This document shows positions 24,156 through 36,800 of a stretch of 64,000 nucleotides of DNA, in pieces; the first letter of the stretch is position 1; every line of letters starts with the position of its first letter. Under the pieces are notes generated by a model. It was not told the DNA's origin and did not search any database. It was given only the letters and a program-made list of their open reading frames with translations. The translations under genes were made by a program, and so were the position numbers. Source of the DNA: Macrostomum lignano (taxonomy: Eukaryota); the NCBI GenBank assembly GCA_002269645.1, contig NIVC01000020.1, positions 992,001-1,056,000 on the forward strand, read 5' to 3'.

Positions 24156-25986
24156 CAGTGATGGGCATTGCTAAATTTTTAGTGCCACTAATTAGTTCTA
24201 TTGCTAAAAATTCAAAATAATTTTAAAAAATAGTGATTGCTAATAGCAGGCACTATTTCTACTTTGAAATTTGAATTTGAATCTATTTTAATATATTTTT
24301 AAACAAAATAATAAATATATTTAATATAAATAGCCATTTCACATGGATTTATACATTTTGCACAATTTTTAACTCATATGTTTAAAAAAAATAAGCTAAT
24401 AATGCTACTGCTAATTTGTTTTGATTAACAATCCTACTTCACTTTTAAGACAATGTTAACTGAATAATAAACAGTATCAGTATTAACATTAAGGACTGAC
24501 ATGTGTAGTAAAACTTTAGGCAATAGCAAATTGCAAATTTGGTCAAAGAACTTACCCAGAATGCTCAATCAATGATTTTATAAAATTAAACTGCATTGAA
24601 ATAGATATATGTACAAACTACTAATCCAGTAAAAAACATAAGTAGCCATAGACCATTACTCAAATGTGTAACACAAGACTGCCTGACTTATTAAGTCAGT
24701 AACCAGAAACCAGCAATTGAAATATAAAACATGAAACATAGAAACCAGTTAAACTAGAGCATAAAAAAGTTTTGAAGTAATGCAACTCAAGGTCTTTGCC
24801 AACACCTTTCTATTAGAAATAGGATTTATCACTGCCAAGAAAGATTTGCTCCATGATCCTGAAATTTGTGCTTCTTTTGATTTTGAGTCTGGGATAGATA
24901 TAACTTTTTTGAAATATAGGCTCTTGGCTTTGGAGGCAAGTGGGTCTTCTGCTCTTGAGCCATGTCTTTATACAGCTTTAATGTTGGATTCACATTCTAG
25001 ACAAGTCGACTGTGTGGCTTATAATAGTCTTTTAGGCACACATACATATGATCAGCAAAGTGCTAACTACACACCACTATATTTGCCCACTTGTGCTTAT
25101 ACTTTGTCCCTAGGAGGTTAGCATGGAGGATCCAACAAGCCCAGTCTTCATACCTACAGCAAAAATATAACAAATTATACACAAGTTTTTATGCAAATAA
25201 TATTGGTCACTAGTCAACTAAGCTTACCAGGCATAGTTTGAAAGAAAGCTATAAAACCTGGTTTCTAATAGATAATTATAGGAATAATTTGGACAGCTAT
25301 AAGCAGCACACTGTTTTCACAATTTTTCAAAAGGCATACTTCACTGCAGCAAAACCAAATATCCAAATTCTTTGTAAAAAGACAATGCTACTAGAAGTCA
25401 TTCTATTAAATGAATATATATTGCTACACATTTGAATAATAGTCTAAGGCTAGGGCCTATTTATGTTTCTTTACTAGATTAGTAGTATATACATATCTCT
25501 ATTTCTATGTAGTTTAATTTCATAAAATCATTGATTGAGCATTCTGGCTAAGTTTTAGTTCTATAAATTTGGTTTTACTTATAATTTTAAATGTTATGAT
25601 ACCTATTTCCTTGAAAAAAATTCTTTTCAGGATGCCATTAGCAAGCTACACTTGTTTGACTTGCAGCTTGTTTCATATTTCTAAGAAAATTAAACATATT
25701 TACTAATTTATATAATTGTTAACTTATTACTTAAATATGGTCTCATTTTAATTTTTAAACAGTCATTAAATTAATAAATTACTATTAACTTTTACTACTA
25801 ACCCTCCAGTTTTGTAGCAAAGAAATGAACTTAGTGCAATTAGCAATTTTTAGAAAATATTAGTGGTGCTTTGATAGCATACACTAATTAGAATTTCAAT
25901 TTAGCCAAATTAGTAATGCTAACAAAATGTTTAAATACTTAGCACTTAAGCAGAATTTAAATTTAGCAGTGCTAGTGCCATCACTG
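24156..25986 (-). mobile_element. Non-autonomous TIR DNA transposon (hAT- or P-like) with an 8-bp TSD and a decayed THAP domain
   Basis: Ends CAGTGATGG...CCATCACTG with a perfect AAATTATT duplication (24148-24155 and 25987-25994). The minus strand around 24950-25150 translates W....HANLLG...IVVCS*HF...RLV*NVNPT (THAP VCSxHF and xVPT motifs) with stops. Confidence 0.82.
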
Positions 25987-27963
25987 AAATTATTTTACAT
26001 AAAGTGGGCCCCTATATAATTCTAATGATGTTTAATAATTATCAACTATCTTCTCTATACTCTAAAACTCAAAATAGCATTGGCATTAATAGTCTAATAT
26101 TAATAGGCCTAATACTAGGCCCTAATAGATCTTATCGTTTATTTAATAGCCTTATTGATATTATGCTTTGTGGAATTTATACCATATGAGAGTATGAATA
26201 CTACATAAAGCAATTATATGCCTACAAAGACTAACAAAGTGCTAGGTACCAAAATGTCTGATAGATACAAATAATAACTATGACAAAAAGGTAAAGCCTA
26301 TAGATACCTTTATACTATAGTATAGAGCAAATGCTATAAGTTAAAAAATTAGACTGCATAGTAGGGGTATGGCCTGGGCAAGGTTACGCCTCACAAGGTT
26401 TCGTCACTAGTCTCACTCTTAGTCTGTAAAAGAATATCAACACAGTTTAGTAGGATAATGGAAAATGAAATTAGATTTTTAGTTAAGTTAACAAGGCTAA
26501 CATCAAAAAATAACAAAACAATGCTAGACAACACTTTATATTTGTTTAGAAAACGCATCATCATTAGAGTTCGATAAGCAGTAAGATAAGCCTGAGCATT
26601 CGAGCTCATACTCATACACTCAAGTTAAGCCTGCTCGGCCGGCCGACGACGACGCGAAGTGCCCGCCCAGAAAATTAAATCTAGTTTGAATTTACGCCAA
26701 GGAATTGTTAAGTAGAATATCAAAAGTCCAATCTACTCAAAATTAAATGTTACTATTTATTACTCCTAATGTATCTGCAACATCTTTTTGCAAAGCAACA
26801 GTTGTTCTCGGTCACAGATGCTACCCTCTGCTTTCTGCTTCAACTTACATTTGCTGCATGTAAGTTGGCAGCTCATGTGAACTTTTTGCCAGGTTTACCC
26901 ACTGCCTTGTTTGCGTCCACTTAATTTTTTTGGCTTTTTCAGGCTGGCTGGAAAATTTTCGGTTTATGTTAGTATCAGATGAAATTATTAAAGCCCGGCC
27001 AAACGAATTAAATGTTATAATGTGTGAATTTAATTGGCCTCGAAGGATAAATAAATTTATTATTATTCAGAGGTGGGTTGCGGGCCCCTTTGGTAAAACG
27101 CCTTTGACGACATCCTCCGACATCCAGCTAGAACAGCATTGAGGCAATTCTGCCCATTCCGCGGACTCCGGGCACATAGAAGCTTGAAAATACATGTACA
27201 CGGCGCGGACTTTCATTCACGCGCTCACACAGAGTATACGTGTACAGCGCGCTGGAATTTTGAACCCTCTAAGGCATGTGCACTTCTCTGCGCCTTCAGT
27301 TGTCCTTTATGGGTGTGAATCGCACGACAACTCCGGGCCATGCCTATTTTTTGTAGACAAGTCAATGACTGCGGAATCGGAATTTCGATCACTATAGCTA
27401 GGGGTCGTGGCGCGAGAGTCAGACGGGGGTTTACTGTTGAGCTACTTTGCTCTGCCGCCTTATTTCAAAGGTTAGATAGAAGTCTCCGAAAGCGGCCATC
27501 TTTGTGATTGTTGAAGCACTGGCTCGTGCATCCCACTAACTTTTTCAATTCAACAGCAAAACTTTTGTATTACATTTTGAAGTGAAATTTTAGTCTCAAA
27601 ACCCCACAAGTAAATAGAGTGTTTTGCGGCTGATAACACAAGGATGTCAGATGGCAGCAAATTCCCAGCCAGTCAGTGTGAGGACAGTCTTGAAGTAAAA
27701 TTGCATGCACAGCGGGTTAAACTCAGACAATTTTCTTATCAACGAAAAAGTGGAACTTCAGTCTGGCACTGTTACAATTGCAATGTACAAATCTGAGGTT
27801 CGATAGGCCACAAGTACAGCCACAAGTACAGCCACAGTTACAGCCACAATTACAGCCACAAGTACAGCCACAAGATGCACCTATAATAAGATTGGTCACA
27901 GGCCAGACACGAAAGCAGAGCAGCAATTTAGAGCTTGCAAACTTGAAAGAATTCCTCTAGAAC

Positions 27964-28884
27964 ATGTCAGAGAAGCTCGGAGAGATTGGCAAGGTCCTTG
28001 GTGGAATTTGCGATGCCATCAAGACGATGAAGCAGCTCCAAGATAACAAGACCGAGCTGAACATAAGCACAGAAGAAGCAAAGAAGCATGCCGATGAGGT
28101 GCAGAAGCTGAGCCTGCCGGATGAACCATTGCTTGACACGATGAACCAGGAGCTGCAGAAGGTGAGGAGCTCCGGGTCCAAGCTGGAGGTCTGGCTGCAA
28201 CAATTCGGCCATCGGATCAACGAGCTGGAGCGATTCATCAAGGCGAATATCAGAGGCGGCTCCATTTCGCCAGAGGTCGTCAAAGAGTTCTGCGATCAGA
28301 TTTCCAAGACTCATAAAATGGCTGCAGATTTTTCTGACGCATTCAAAAGCTTCATCTGCTATCTGGCGGAGGCGCAGCGTCTCGCGGTGGAGCTGGCAGC
28401 TCGGTTGAAGACCAAATCGGAGGAGATGCAGCAGGAGGCGAGCACGGTGAGGAACAAGGGCGTGGCTAAAGTCACCGGCCTCGCTGCCCTGTCGGCCGGC
28501 CTGGTGGCTCTCGGCTTCTTCACCGGAGGAGTCACCTGGACCGCGGCCGGCGCTGTTGCAGGAGCAGCCGCCAGCGCGGGCGCCAGCGCCGTGGCCTACA
28601 GCACCGTCGTAAATGTGAAGGCGATGAGAGACCTGGCCAGTGGCATCAGAAACAACTTCAGCAAACTGGAAATCATCGCCAAGAACCTGAAGAGCAACTG
28701 CGACAAGGTCGAGGCCATCCAGCTGGATGAGGAGGCCATGCAGGCGCTGCAAGCTGCGCTGGAGTTCTACAGGAGAGACCTGGAGAAGGACGAGCTGCTC
28801 GAACAGAAGCAACTTGAGCTTCAGGACACCAAAGCTGAGCTGGCTGAGCTGAAGGCCAAAATGAGGAGGCTGGGTCATGACTAA
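27964..28884 (+). CDS. Intronless 306-aa all-helical protein with a Gly/Ala-rich hydrophobic hairpin (apolipoprotein-L / alpha-pore-forming-toxin-like, tentative)
   Basis: Long ORF with C/G-ending codon bias in AT-rich surroundings. Heptad-like helices flank GLAALSAGLVALGFFTGGVTWTAAGAVAGAAASAGASAVAY. The family call rests on motif resemblance only. Confidence 0.8.
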   Translation: MSEKLGEIGKVLGGICDAIKTMKQLQDNKTELNISTEEAKKHADEVQKLSLPDEPLLDTMNQELQKVRSSGSKLEVWLQQFGHRINELERFIKANIRGGSISPEVVKEFCDQISKTHKMAADFSDAFKSFICYLAEAQRLAVELAARLKTKSEEMQQEASTVRNKGVAKVTGLAALSAGLVALGFFTGGVTWTAAGAVAGAAASAGASAVAYSTVVNVKAMRDLASGIRNNFSKLEIIAKNLKSNCDKVEAIQLDEEAMQALQAALEFYRRDLEKDELLEQKQLELQDTKAELAELKAKMRRLGHD

Positions 28885-29258
28885 ATTGAATGATGATATG
28901 AACAGTTATTTTAATAATATATTAGCTGAGCTGTTAAGCACAATGATTTGTTTTCCTACTCTAATGCAGTCCTATTCTCAATATTTAGCTCATATATAAC
29001 AGCATCTATGCTTGGTAGCTTGTGAATTCGTTGTCAGCTTTATTGCAACACACGCGCACTCTTTGACTCTTAAATAAATAGGACCTGCTGCTCCTGTCCT
29101 ATAGCCTTTCTGTACCTCATCCAGATGATGTGGCATTCAGCATGAGCACTTGACCTCTACTGTGTAAAGTTTTTCGTTTTTATTTATTTCGGGGAGATCG
29201 AGTGAAGACTTTCTGTATTTAGAGTGTCTTAGAAGTATAGGAGTGTAGGAATCTTGAA

Positions 29259-29510
29259 GGGGTTGCAGCCTGTTGACTAAAGCGTCAGACTCAAGACTGA
29301 AAGTTCGGGGGGTTCGATTCTCGACCCCGATCGAACAATTTGTGTCCTTGAGTAAGTCAATTTACTCTGTATTGCTTCAGTTCATCAAGCTGAAAAATGG
29401 GTGCGAACATTATCTGGAAGCAAGTCACCGTGACTTTTTGGCCTATGAGTGTGTCGCGTTAAGACTTCGATTGCCGTATGCTAGAAGTCCAGTCTAGCTA
29501 GACCTTCTAT
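29259..29510 (+). mobile_element. tRNA-derived SINE with a CORE (MIR-like) domain
   Basis: Degenerate A box, B box GGTTCGATTCT (29311-29321), then GTGTCCTTGAGTAAGTCAATTTAC...CTTCAGTT...GCTGAAAAATGGG (29341-29401), which resembles the CORE-SINE central domain. Confidence 0.7.
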
Positions 29511-29519
29511 CAAGCACCT

Positions 29520-29765
29520 GCCCCTCTATCCTCTACGTCTCTGTCTACCCCTCTGTCCTCTACCTCTCTGTCCTCCATCCCTATGTCCTTTACCCACCTT
29601 TCTGTCCTCTACCCCTCCGTCCTCTACCCCTCCGTCCTCCATCCCTCTGTCCTTTACCCACCTTTCTGTCCTCTACCCCTCCGTCCTCTACCCCTCCGTC
29701 CTCCATCCCTCTGTCCTTTACCCACCTTTCTGTCCTCTACCCCTCCGTCCTCTACCCCTCCGTCC
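29520..29765. repeat. Pyrimidine-rich tandem repeat following the SINE
   Basis: Recurrent CTGTCCTCTACCCCTCCGTCCTC blocks. Confidence 0.85.
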
Positions 29766-30847
29766 TCAGTAGTATCGCCAAATAGACTTTATGATATACA
29801 GAAAAACAAAGGCTGACGAGTGATGATTTTTTGTCCATAGCTAAAAATGGTTAAAAGCAGCTGGAGGCTGAGTGCACCGGCGCAGCTACACAGCAGAGGC
29901 CAATGTACTTTATTGTTAGGCAAATTTTCAATTTCTTTCAAGCCTTGTTGAATCTTAAAGTTGAAAAAATTCCAGTTTAAAATACAAGTTTGTCTCAACT
30001 CTGATTTGTGAGACACATCGAGCACCAAGAGCTGAGCACCCAGGCGGCACGCGCTGAAATCTAAACGGAATGAATTTGAGAGAGCGAATAATCAAAGTAT
30101 TGGAAGAGTAACAGAGACTGGCTCTGGCCTCCTTGGGGCTGGTTGGCTAGTCTACTATACTAATTCAGCACGTTAACGTAAAAACTCCACTGCTAGTACT
30201 GCAAGTAGCAAAGATTGCAGACAGCGATTCCCGCGCTGCGCTTTAATAATCCAATAAAAGTAAAAGCTGTCTCGAAACCCTCTGCGGCCGCAAGTGAAAT
30301 TCTACGTGCACCGAGGCACAAAGCAGACGGCAGGGGATAAAATGGCTGGGGAAAATTCAACAAAAATATCCGTATAAAAAGAGCGTTCGTCATGCAAAGG
30401 CGAAAAAACGTGTTCATAACAGGATGGAGGTTTATGAGACTTACAAAAATGTTTAGATATCTGAATGCGCAAATTTGCGGAGAGCATGCACAGGCGCATG
30501 AGTCATCCGAGAGAAGTGTAGAAAACAGCTGACATGACCGGGCGATTAAAAATTATGAGAAAAAAATCAACAATATCAACAGTGGAGATTACTTACGAGA
30601 TTACTGGAGCTGTAACACTGTATCTACTTTACTAGATCGAGATCTACCGCTGTCTACGGGTTCTACAGGATTTAAGGGAAATTATTTACGGATAAATCGA
30701 TCCGAGCCTGCAGGTAAGGAGGTAAAAACTCAATTCCCATGCTGGCTTGGGCACATGCAGGCTGGTCTGTCATTTGAGCATATTTTATGAGGCAGTCCAG
30801 CTCCACAGAGCTTCATCAGTTAGGCTCTGCGAGCCTTCTCCAGGCGG

Positions 30848-33800
30848 TCAGCGCCAGTCGCTCAGGGCGGAGATGCCGCCAGTCGCTGATTTTCCGATCC
30901 CCTCCAGGCCTCCGGTGCCCCCTGTGGACGTCTGGCGGCCATTGGCGTAGGACCGGACACCGCTGCCGCCGGCGCCGCTGCCTCCGCCACCGATGCCGCT
31001 GCCTCCGTTCAGCCGGTGCGAGGAGGTGGAGGAGTGCGGCGTCGCCGAGTCCTCGTATTCAGACGCCTCCCTCGCCTTCCTGCCGTAGCCGCCTTGCAGC
31101 GATTTGGAAAGATCGGCGACGGAGCCGCCGGCAGAAGCGCCTGTCGAGGCCGCGTCGTCGCGGCGGCGCATGAGGCGCAGCTCCGACATCAGGTGCTCGT
31201 TGGTGAGCAGCAGCGACTTGTGCGACTCCTGCAGCATCCCGCTGATCAGCTGGGCGGGCATGAGGGGAGGTGTTGGGAGTAGAGCAGGTTAGTTGGGAGT
31301 AGAGTAGGTTGACTGGGAGTAGAGTAGGTTAGTTGGGAGTAGAGTAGGTTGACTGGGAGTAGAGTAGGTTGACTGGGAGTAGAGTAGGTTGACTGGGAGT
31401 AGAGTAGGTTGACTGGGAGTAGAGTAGGTTAGTTGGGAATAGAGTAGGTTGACTGGGAGTAGAGTAGGTTGACTGGGAGTAGGTTGACTGGGAGTAGGTT
31501 GACTGGGAGTAGAGTAGGTTAGTTGGGAGTAGAGTAGGTTGACTGGGAGTAGAGTAGGTTGACTGGGAGTAGGTTGACTGGGAGTAGAGTAGGTTAGTTG
31601 GGAGTAGAGTAGGTTGACTGGGAGTAGAGTAGGTTGACTGGGAGTAGAGTAGTTTGACTGGGAGTAGAGTAGGTTGACTGGGAGTAGAGTAGGTTGACTG
31701 GGAGTAGAGTAGGTTGACTGGGAGTAGAGTAGGTTGACTGGGAGTAGAGTAGGTTGACTGGGAGTAGAGTAGGTTGACTGGGAGTAGGTTGACTGGGAGT
31801 AGAGTAGGTTGACTGGGAGTAGAGTAGGCTGACTGGGAGTAGAGTAGGTTGACTGGGAGTAGAGTAGGTTGGCTGCAGCTCAGTACCGAATTTCGCACTC
31901 ACCTCGACCTGCTCCAGGGACCGCAGCTTCACTTTCAGCCGGTCGATCTCCTTGGTGAGCTCATCCACCTGGCTCTGGCTGGCCAGCCCGCTCTGGTAGC
32001 CGGACTCGTCGAACTGGTGCGATCGCAGGGTGGACCGGGCTGCCGCGCCTCCCCCGGCCAGCTGTCCGACCTCGCGCAGCAGGCGGGTGTTCTCCTGCTC
32101 TAGGTGGGCCAGCCGCGAGCTCAGCGCCGCGGTCTCGGACGCCGATTCGGAGCGGATGAACTGCGCCAGCTGCATCAGCACCGACCGACCGGCCTCCTGG
32201 AAGCGGCGGCTGCGGAGCAGGGAGCCCGGCCCAGCCCAGTGCTTCTCGGCCAGCGAGGCCAGCTCGTTCAGAAAGGGGCACGGCTTGCTGAGGTCCAGGC
32301 CGGGGCACTCGCCGCATTGCAGCTGCGGCTGCGCCTGCTGAGACTGCTGTGCCGCCATCTCCGCTGAGGCGGCGTCTGCGGCGACCTCCTTCCTCCCGCG
32401 GCCTGCGGGCACCGGAGGAGGCAGCTGCTGCTGCTGCTGCTGCTGCTGGGCGGGCGGCTTCTCCCAACGGGCTCGGGGCAGACGCTTCTTCAGCACGCGC
32501 TGCCTGTCCGCACCGGGCTGGTTGGCCGCTGACCGGCCCGAGTCGCTCAGGACGAGCCGCGGGACGCCGCCGTCTGCGTTGAAGGATGTCGAGAAGGAGG
32601 AGCGCCGCTCGCCCGCTGCCGCTGCCTCGGCCGCCGCTGATGCCTCCGCGGCCTTGGCCTCGGTGTCTGAGTTCGGCTGCGACGACTCGCTGCTTGGAGG
32701 GTCGCCCGGGCGCCGCCGCTGCTGCTGCAGTTGCTGACTGGCCGCTCTGTCGCTGGCACTGTGGCTCGCCTGAGTCTCTGGGGTGACGGCGCGGAAGGAG
32801 GCAGCGGGAGGAAAAATCCTTTTAGTGAATTTTCTCCTTCGTGCTTGAGCTTCGCGGTCTTTTGGCGCTTTTGTTTAGCCCCAACCCCCCTCTGATTATC
32901 GGTGAGCGCTTTCCAGCGCAATTCCGGCTGAGTCACCTTCCTGTCACGGAGCAACTTGCCTGGCACGAAGGCGCAGGCGGGCGAAATTCCGGCCAGCTCG
33001 TTGCCGGGCTGAACAAATTTTACCGAAAACTGCTTTGTATTTATTTGGGGAGATGCTTCGGCATTTGGGGCTGGGGAAGACAGCCTTGCTGATTTTTGCA
33101 GGGCTGCTTGATCCGAAACTATGCAACTTTCCTGGCTGGGAGGCTGCAGATGGGCAGGACAGGGAGGCTGCAGATGAGCAGGACAGGGAGGCTGCAGATG
33201 GCGGAGGACAGGGAGGCTGCAGATGGCGGAGGACAGGGAGGCTGCAGATGGCGGAGGGCAGGGAGGCTGCAGATGGCGGAGGACGAGGAGGCTGCAGATG
33301 GCGGAGGACAGGGAGGCTGCAGATGGCGGAGGACAAGGAGGCTGCAGATGGTGGAGGACAGGGAGGCTGCAGATGGCGGAGCACAGGGAGGCTGCAGATG
33401 GCGGAGGACAGGGAGGCTGCAGATGGCGGAGGACGGGGAGGCTGCAGATGGCGGAGGACAGGGAGGCTGCAGATGGCGGAGGACAGGGAGGCTGCAGATG
33501 GCGGAGGACAGGGAGGCTGCAGATGGCGGAGGACAGGGAGGCTGCAGATGGCGGAGGACGGGGAGGCTGCAGATGGCGGAGGACGGGGAGGCTGCAGATG
33601 GCGGAGGACAGGGAAGTTGCAGATGAGCAGGACAGGGAGGCTGCATATGGCGGAGGACAGGGAGGTTGCAGATGAGCAGGACAGGGAGGCTGCAGATGGC
33701 GGAGGACAGGGAGGTTGCAGATGAGCAGGACAGGGAGGCTGCATATGGCGGAGGACGAGGAGGCTGCAGATGGCGGAGGACGGGGAGGCTGCAGATGGCG

Positions 33801-36800
33801 GAGGACGGGGAGGCTGCAGATGGCGGAGGACAGGGAAGTTGCAGATGAGCAGGACAGGGAGGCTGCATATGGCGGAGGACAGGGAGGTTGCAGATGAGCA
33901 GGACAGGGAGGCTGCAGATGGCGGAGGACAGGGAGGTTGCAGATGAGCAGGACAGGGAGGCTGCATATGGCGGAGGACGAGGAGGCTGCAGATGGCGGAG
34001 CACAGGGAGGCTGCAGATGGCGGAGGACAGGGAGGCTGCAGATGGCGGAGGACAGGGAGGCTGCAGATGGCGGAGGACGGGGAGGCTACAGATGGCGGAG
34101 GACAGGGAGGCTGCAGATGGCGGAGGACAGGGAGGCTGCAGATGGCGGAGGATGAATGCCTCTGATGAAAACATTGAGCAAGAACCAGAGAGCCTCGCAG
34201 ACTCACGGCTGCCGTAGGTCTCCAAGTGGAACCGTCGGGGTGCCGTCGCTGATGTCTGCGACGCTGACTGCTGGTGCCGCTGCTGAGGCTGCGGCGTCGG
34301 CGCGTCAGCGGCCGTCCAGCGGGCCTGAGCCTGCACCTCGGACAGCCATTCGCTGTAGGCCTCGTCTCGACCTTGACGATTTGGAGACTCGAGTGGCTGC
34401 CAGGCGGGCTGCTGCGATCGAGACTGCGGCGGAGGCGGCGGCGGCGACGGCGACGACTGTGGCTGCCTCGGCGAGGGCGCGGGCTCGCTGGCAGCTTCCT
34501 CCAAGTCGTCTTCGATGACGCTGCAGAGTCAGTTGAGAATGCAAGTACAGGGGCAAATAAAATAGAATTTGTGCACCATGCTGCTAGCTAGTAGTAATAG
34601 GAGCAGCGAGCTTGCCCAAGCGTCAGGAGCTCATAATGTGGAGCTTAGCTTACTTTTCACTAGGTTGAGAAAGCACCCGGTTTGCCAATCCATTTGCCCC
34701 CAGTGTTCCCCACCTGGTTCCCTACAGGTTCCCCACCAAGCTCACAACCCGGTTTCCCACCAATCTCACAAACCGGTTTCCCACCAAGCTCACAACCCGG
34801 TTTCCCACCAATCTCACAACCCGGTTCCCCACCAAGCTCACAACCCGGTTCCCCACCAATCTCACAACCCGGTTCCCCACCAATCTCACAACCCGGTTCC
34901 CCACCAATCGCACAACGCAGTTCCCCACCAGTCGGTCCCCACCGGTTCCCCACCAATCGCACAACGCAGTTCCCCACCAGTCGGTACCCCACCGGTTCCC
35001 CACAGTATTGGCCCCGCTCGCACCTGGGAGTCCGGGAATCTCTGCCAGGCCGAAGTCCCCGCAGGCCGGCCGCCTGCTCAGTTGTGAAGTGCAGCAACGC
35101 CGAGTTGCGCTCGGTCTCGGCCACGCTGCGATCGTCTGGAACGACGAAGGCGATGGCGATGGCGCCTGCATTCACTTGGCCAACTCTGGCTGATTTATTC
35201 GCGAGATTATCAAGGAAAGGTTTGGCTGGGGACAATATCAGGGTGCCGTTATCGGGGAGAGGTTATCAAGGTACGAGTAAAATATTAGTGAGATTCTTTG
35301 GCAGGATTATCGAACTGAGATTTTTGAGTAGGATGATCAAGTTGAGATTTTTGAGCAGGATTATCAAGGTGAGATTTTCGATTAGGATTATCAAGGTGAG
35401 ATTGTTGAGTAGGATTATCAAGATGACAAGATTGTGGTGGTTTTCCCAGCTGAGATAAATAAAAATGTATTGAGGATAGGATTTTAAGAATGAGATTATC
35501 CTAAAGGATGAGATTCACTAAGTTTCTTAGATTGATATTTCTTTCATGGTATTCTCGCTCAAGTGAAACTCTGAAAACCTGCGAGCCCTACCGAGCCGCT
35601 TGAGGTCGGGCAGCATCTGGATGAGGTACAGCCTGTAGTCTGGCTCGCTCCGTGACACTGGGTTGAGCCGCAGATCGAGCTGCTGCAGGCGGACATTCTT
35701 CCTCAGCTTGAGCAGTTCGGACATTGAGTCGATGCAGTTATAGTAGAGATTTAGCGACTCCAGCTGGGCCAGGCTATCCAGGCCCTGCTCCGGTGAGGAT
35801 TTTGGCAGTGAACTTTTCTTGCACTTTCACAGGTGGTCGCTGTATGCACTGCCTGATACACATGTACTGGCTTGGGCAGAGGTAACAGGTATGGCATGCA
35901 GCACAGCCTCAGTCATGACCCCGAAATCGGTTTAGGTCAATTTGCTAATGAGTCAAATTTGTTCAAGCCTATAACTGCGCTTAATTTTTCTTCCGAAGTC
36001 AGGAGCGGCGGTATTTGCTTCTACATAGTCAAACTTCTTTGACAGAATTCTCTTTACGTAAGCCATTTTTCAAGCTAATGCAAACAGAGCACAAAGCTAA
36101 GTACTGGGGGAATGGCGCTCGTGTTTGTGAAATCAGGTAGTCTGAGGTTTATCTCAGAAGCTTGTAATACTCGTAAATTGATTGCTGATGCACGGGCAAG
36201 CTAGGTCTAGCGCATTTTAGGTGGGAAAACCGAGAAGAATGCAATTAGAATAAAATCCCAGAACACCTGCGGGGAACAGGCATTCACATGCCCAAGTTAG
36301 AGACTTTTATGAAAATAAAATTTTGTCAAAACTCACGCTTAGCGAGCACAGCGCATTTCTTGAAAGGTCGAGATTTTTTAAACGGCTAAACATAACAAGT
36401 GATGAACCCAGGACAGAAATCTTCTCATCGTACCGGCCGGGTAATGAAAGTGATTTGATATTATCTGAAAAGTATTAAATTATAAAGTTCGAAAGCATAT
36501 GCCATAATTAAATATGGAAATCAAGTTTAGAATTGACAATTCAAAGTCAGAATTTTTTTATAGTTTTTTTGTTTCCACCTTTTATGTCTTTTAACAAAAA
36601 AACTTTATATTACGAGCGTAACTTCGCAAACTAATTGTTAAATCGTGAAATATTTCAGTAAGTGAAGGTCAATTTTTTTCCATATTCTGAAGAATCTTAA
36701 ATGACAATAAAATGTCTCGGCAACTGCTATTATTATATGAAACCTAAAGGAAAAGGATGATAATTTTTTTTACTCTTACAATAAATATTCATGGTCATTT

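Noticed and set aside
26393-26440. Second hammerhead-like motif (minus strand CTAAGAG...GTGACGAAAC)
   Set aside because: The core lacks a base of CUGANGA, stem II has a mismatch, and no Penelope ORF is adjacent.
27967-28878. 303-aa antisense ORF over the ApoL-like gene, and similar antisense ORFs over UMPS, MRPL49, COX10, USP and FAK
   Set aside because: Expected shadow ORFs from GC3-rich coding sequence; no recognisable motifs.
29259-29335. tRNA gene
   Set aside because: The A box is degenerate, there is no clean acceptor stem, and it continues into a CORE-like body, so it is a SINE head. A weaker B-box-like GGTTCAAGTCC near 48457 also lacks a cloverleaf.
32944-34217. Many overlapping ORFs on both strands (PPCPPPSAAS, GGCRWRRTG)
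   Set aside because: Products of the 25-bp intronic repeat in CEP72.
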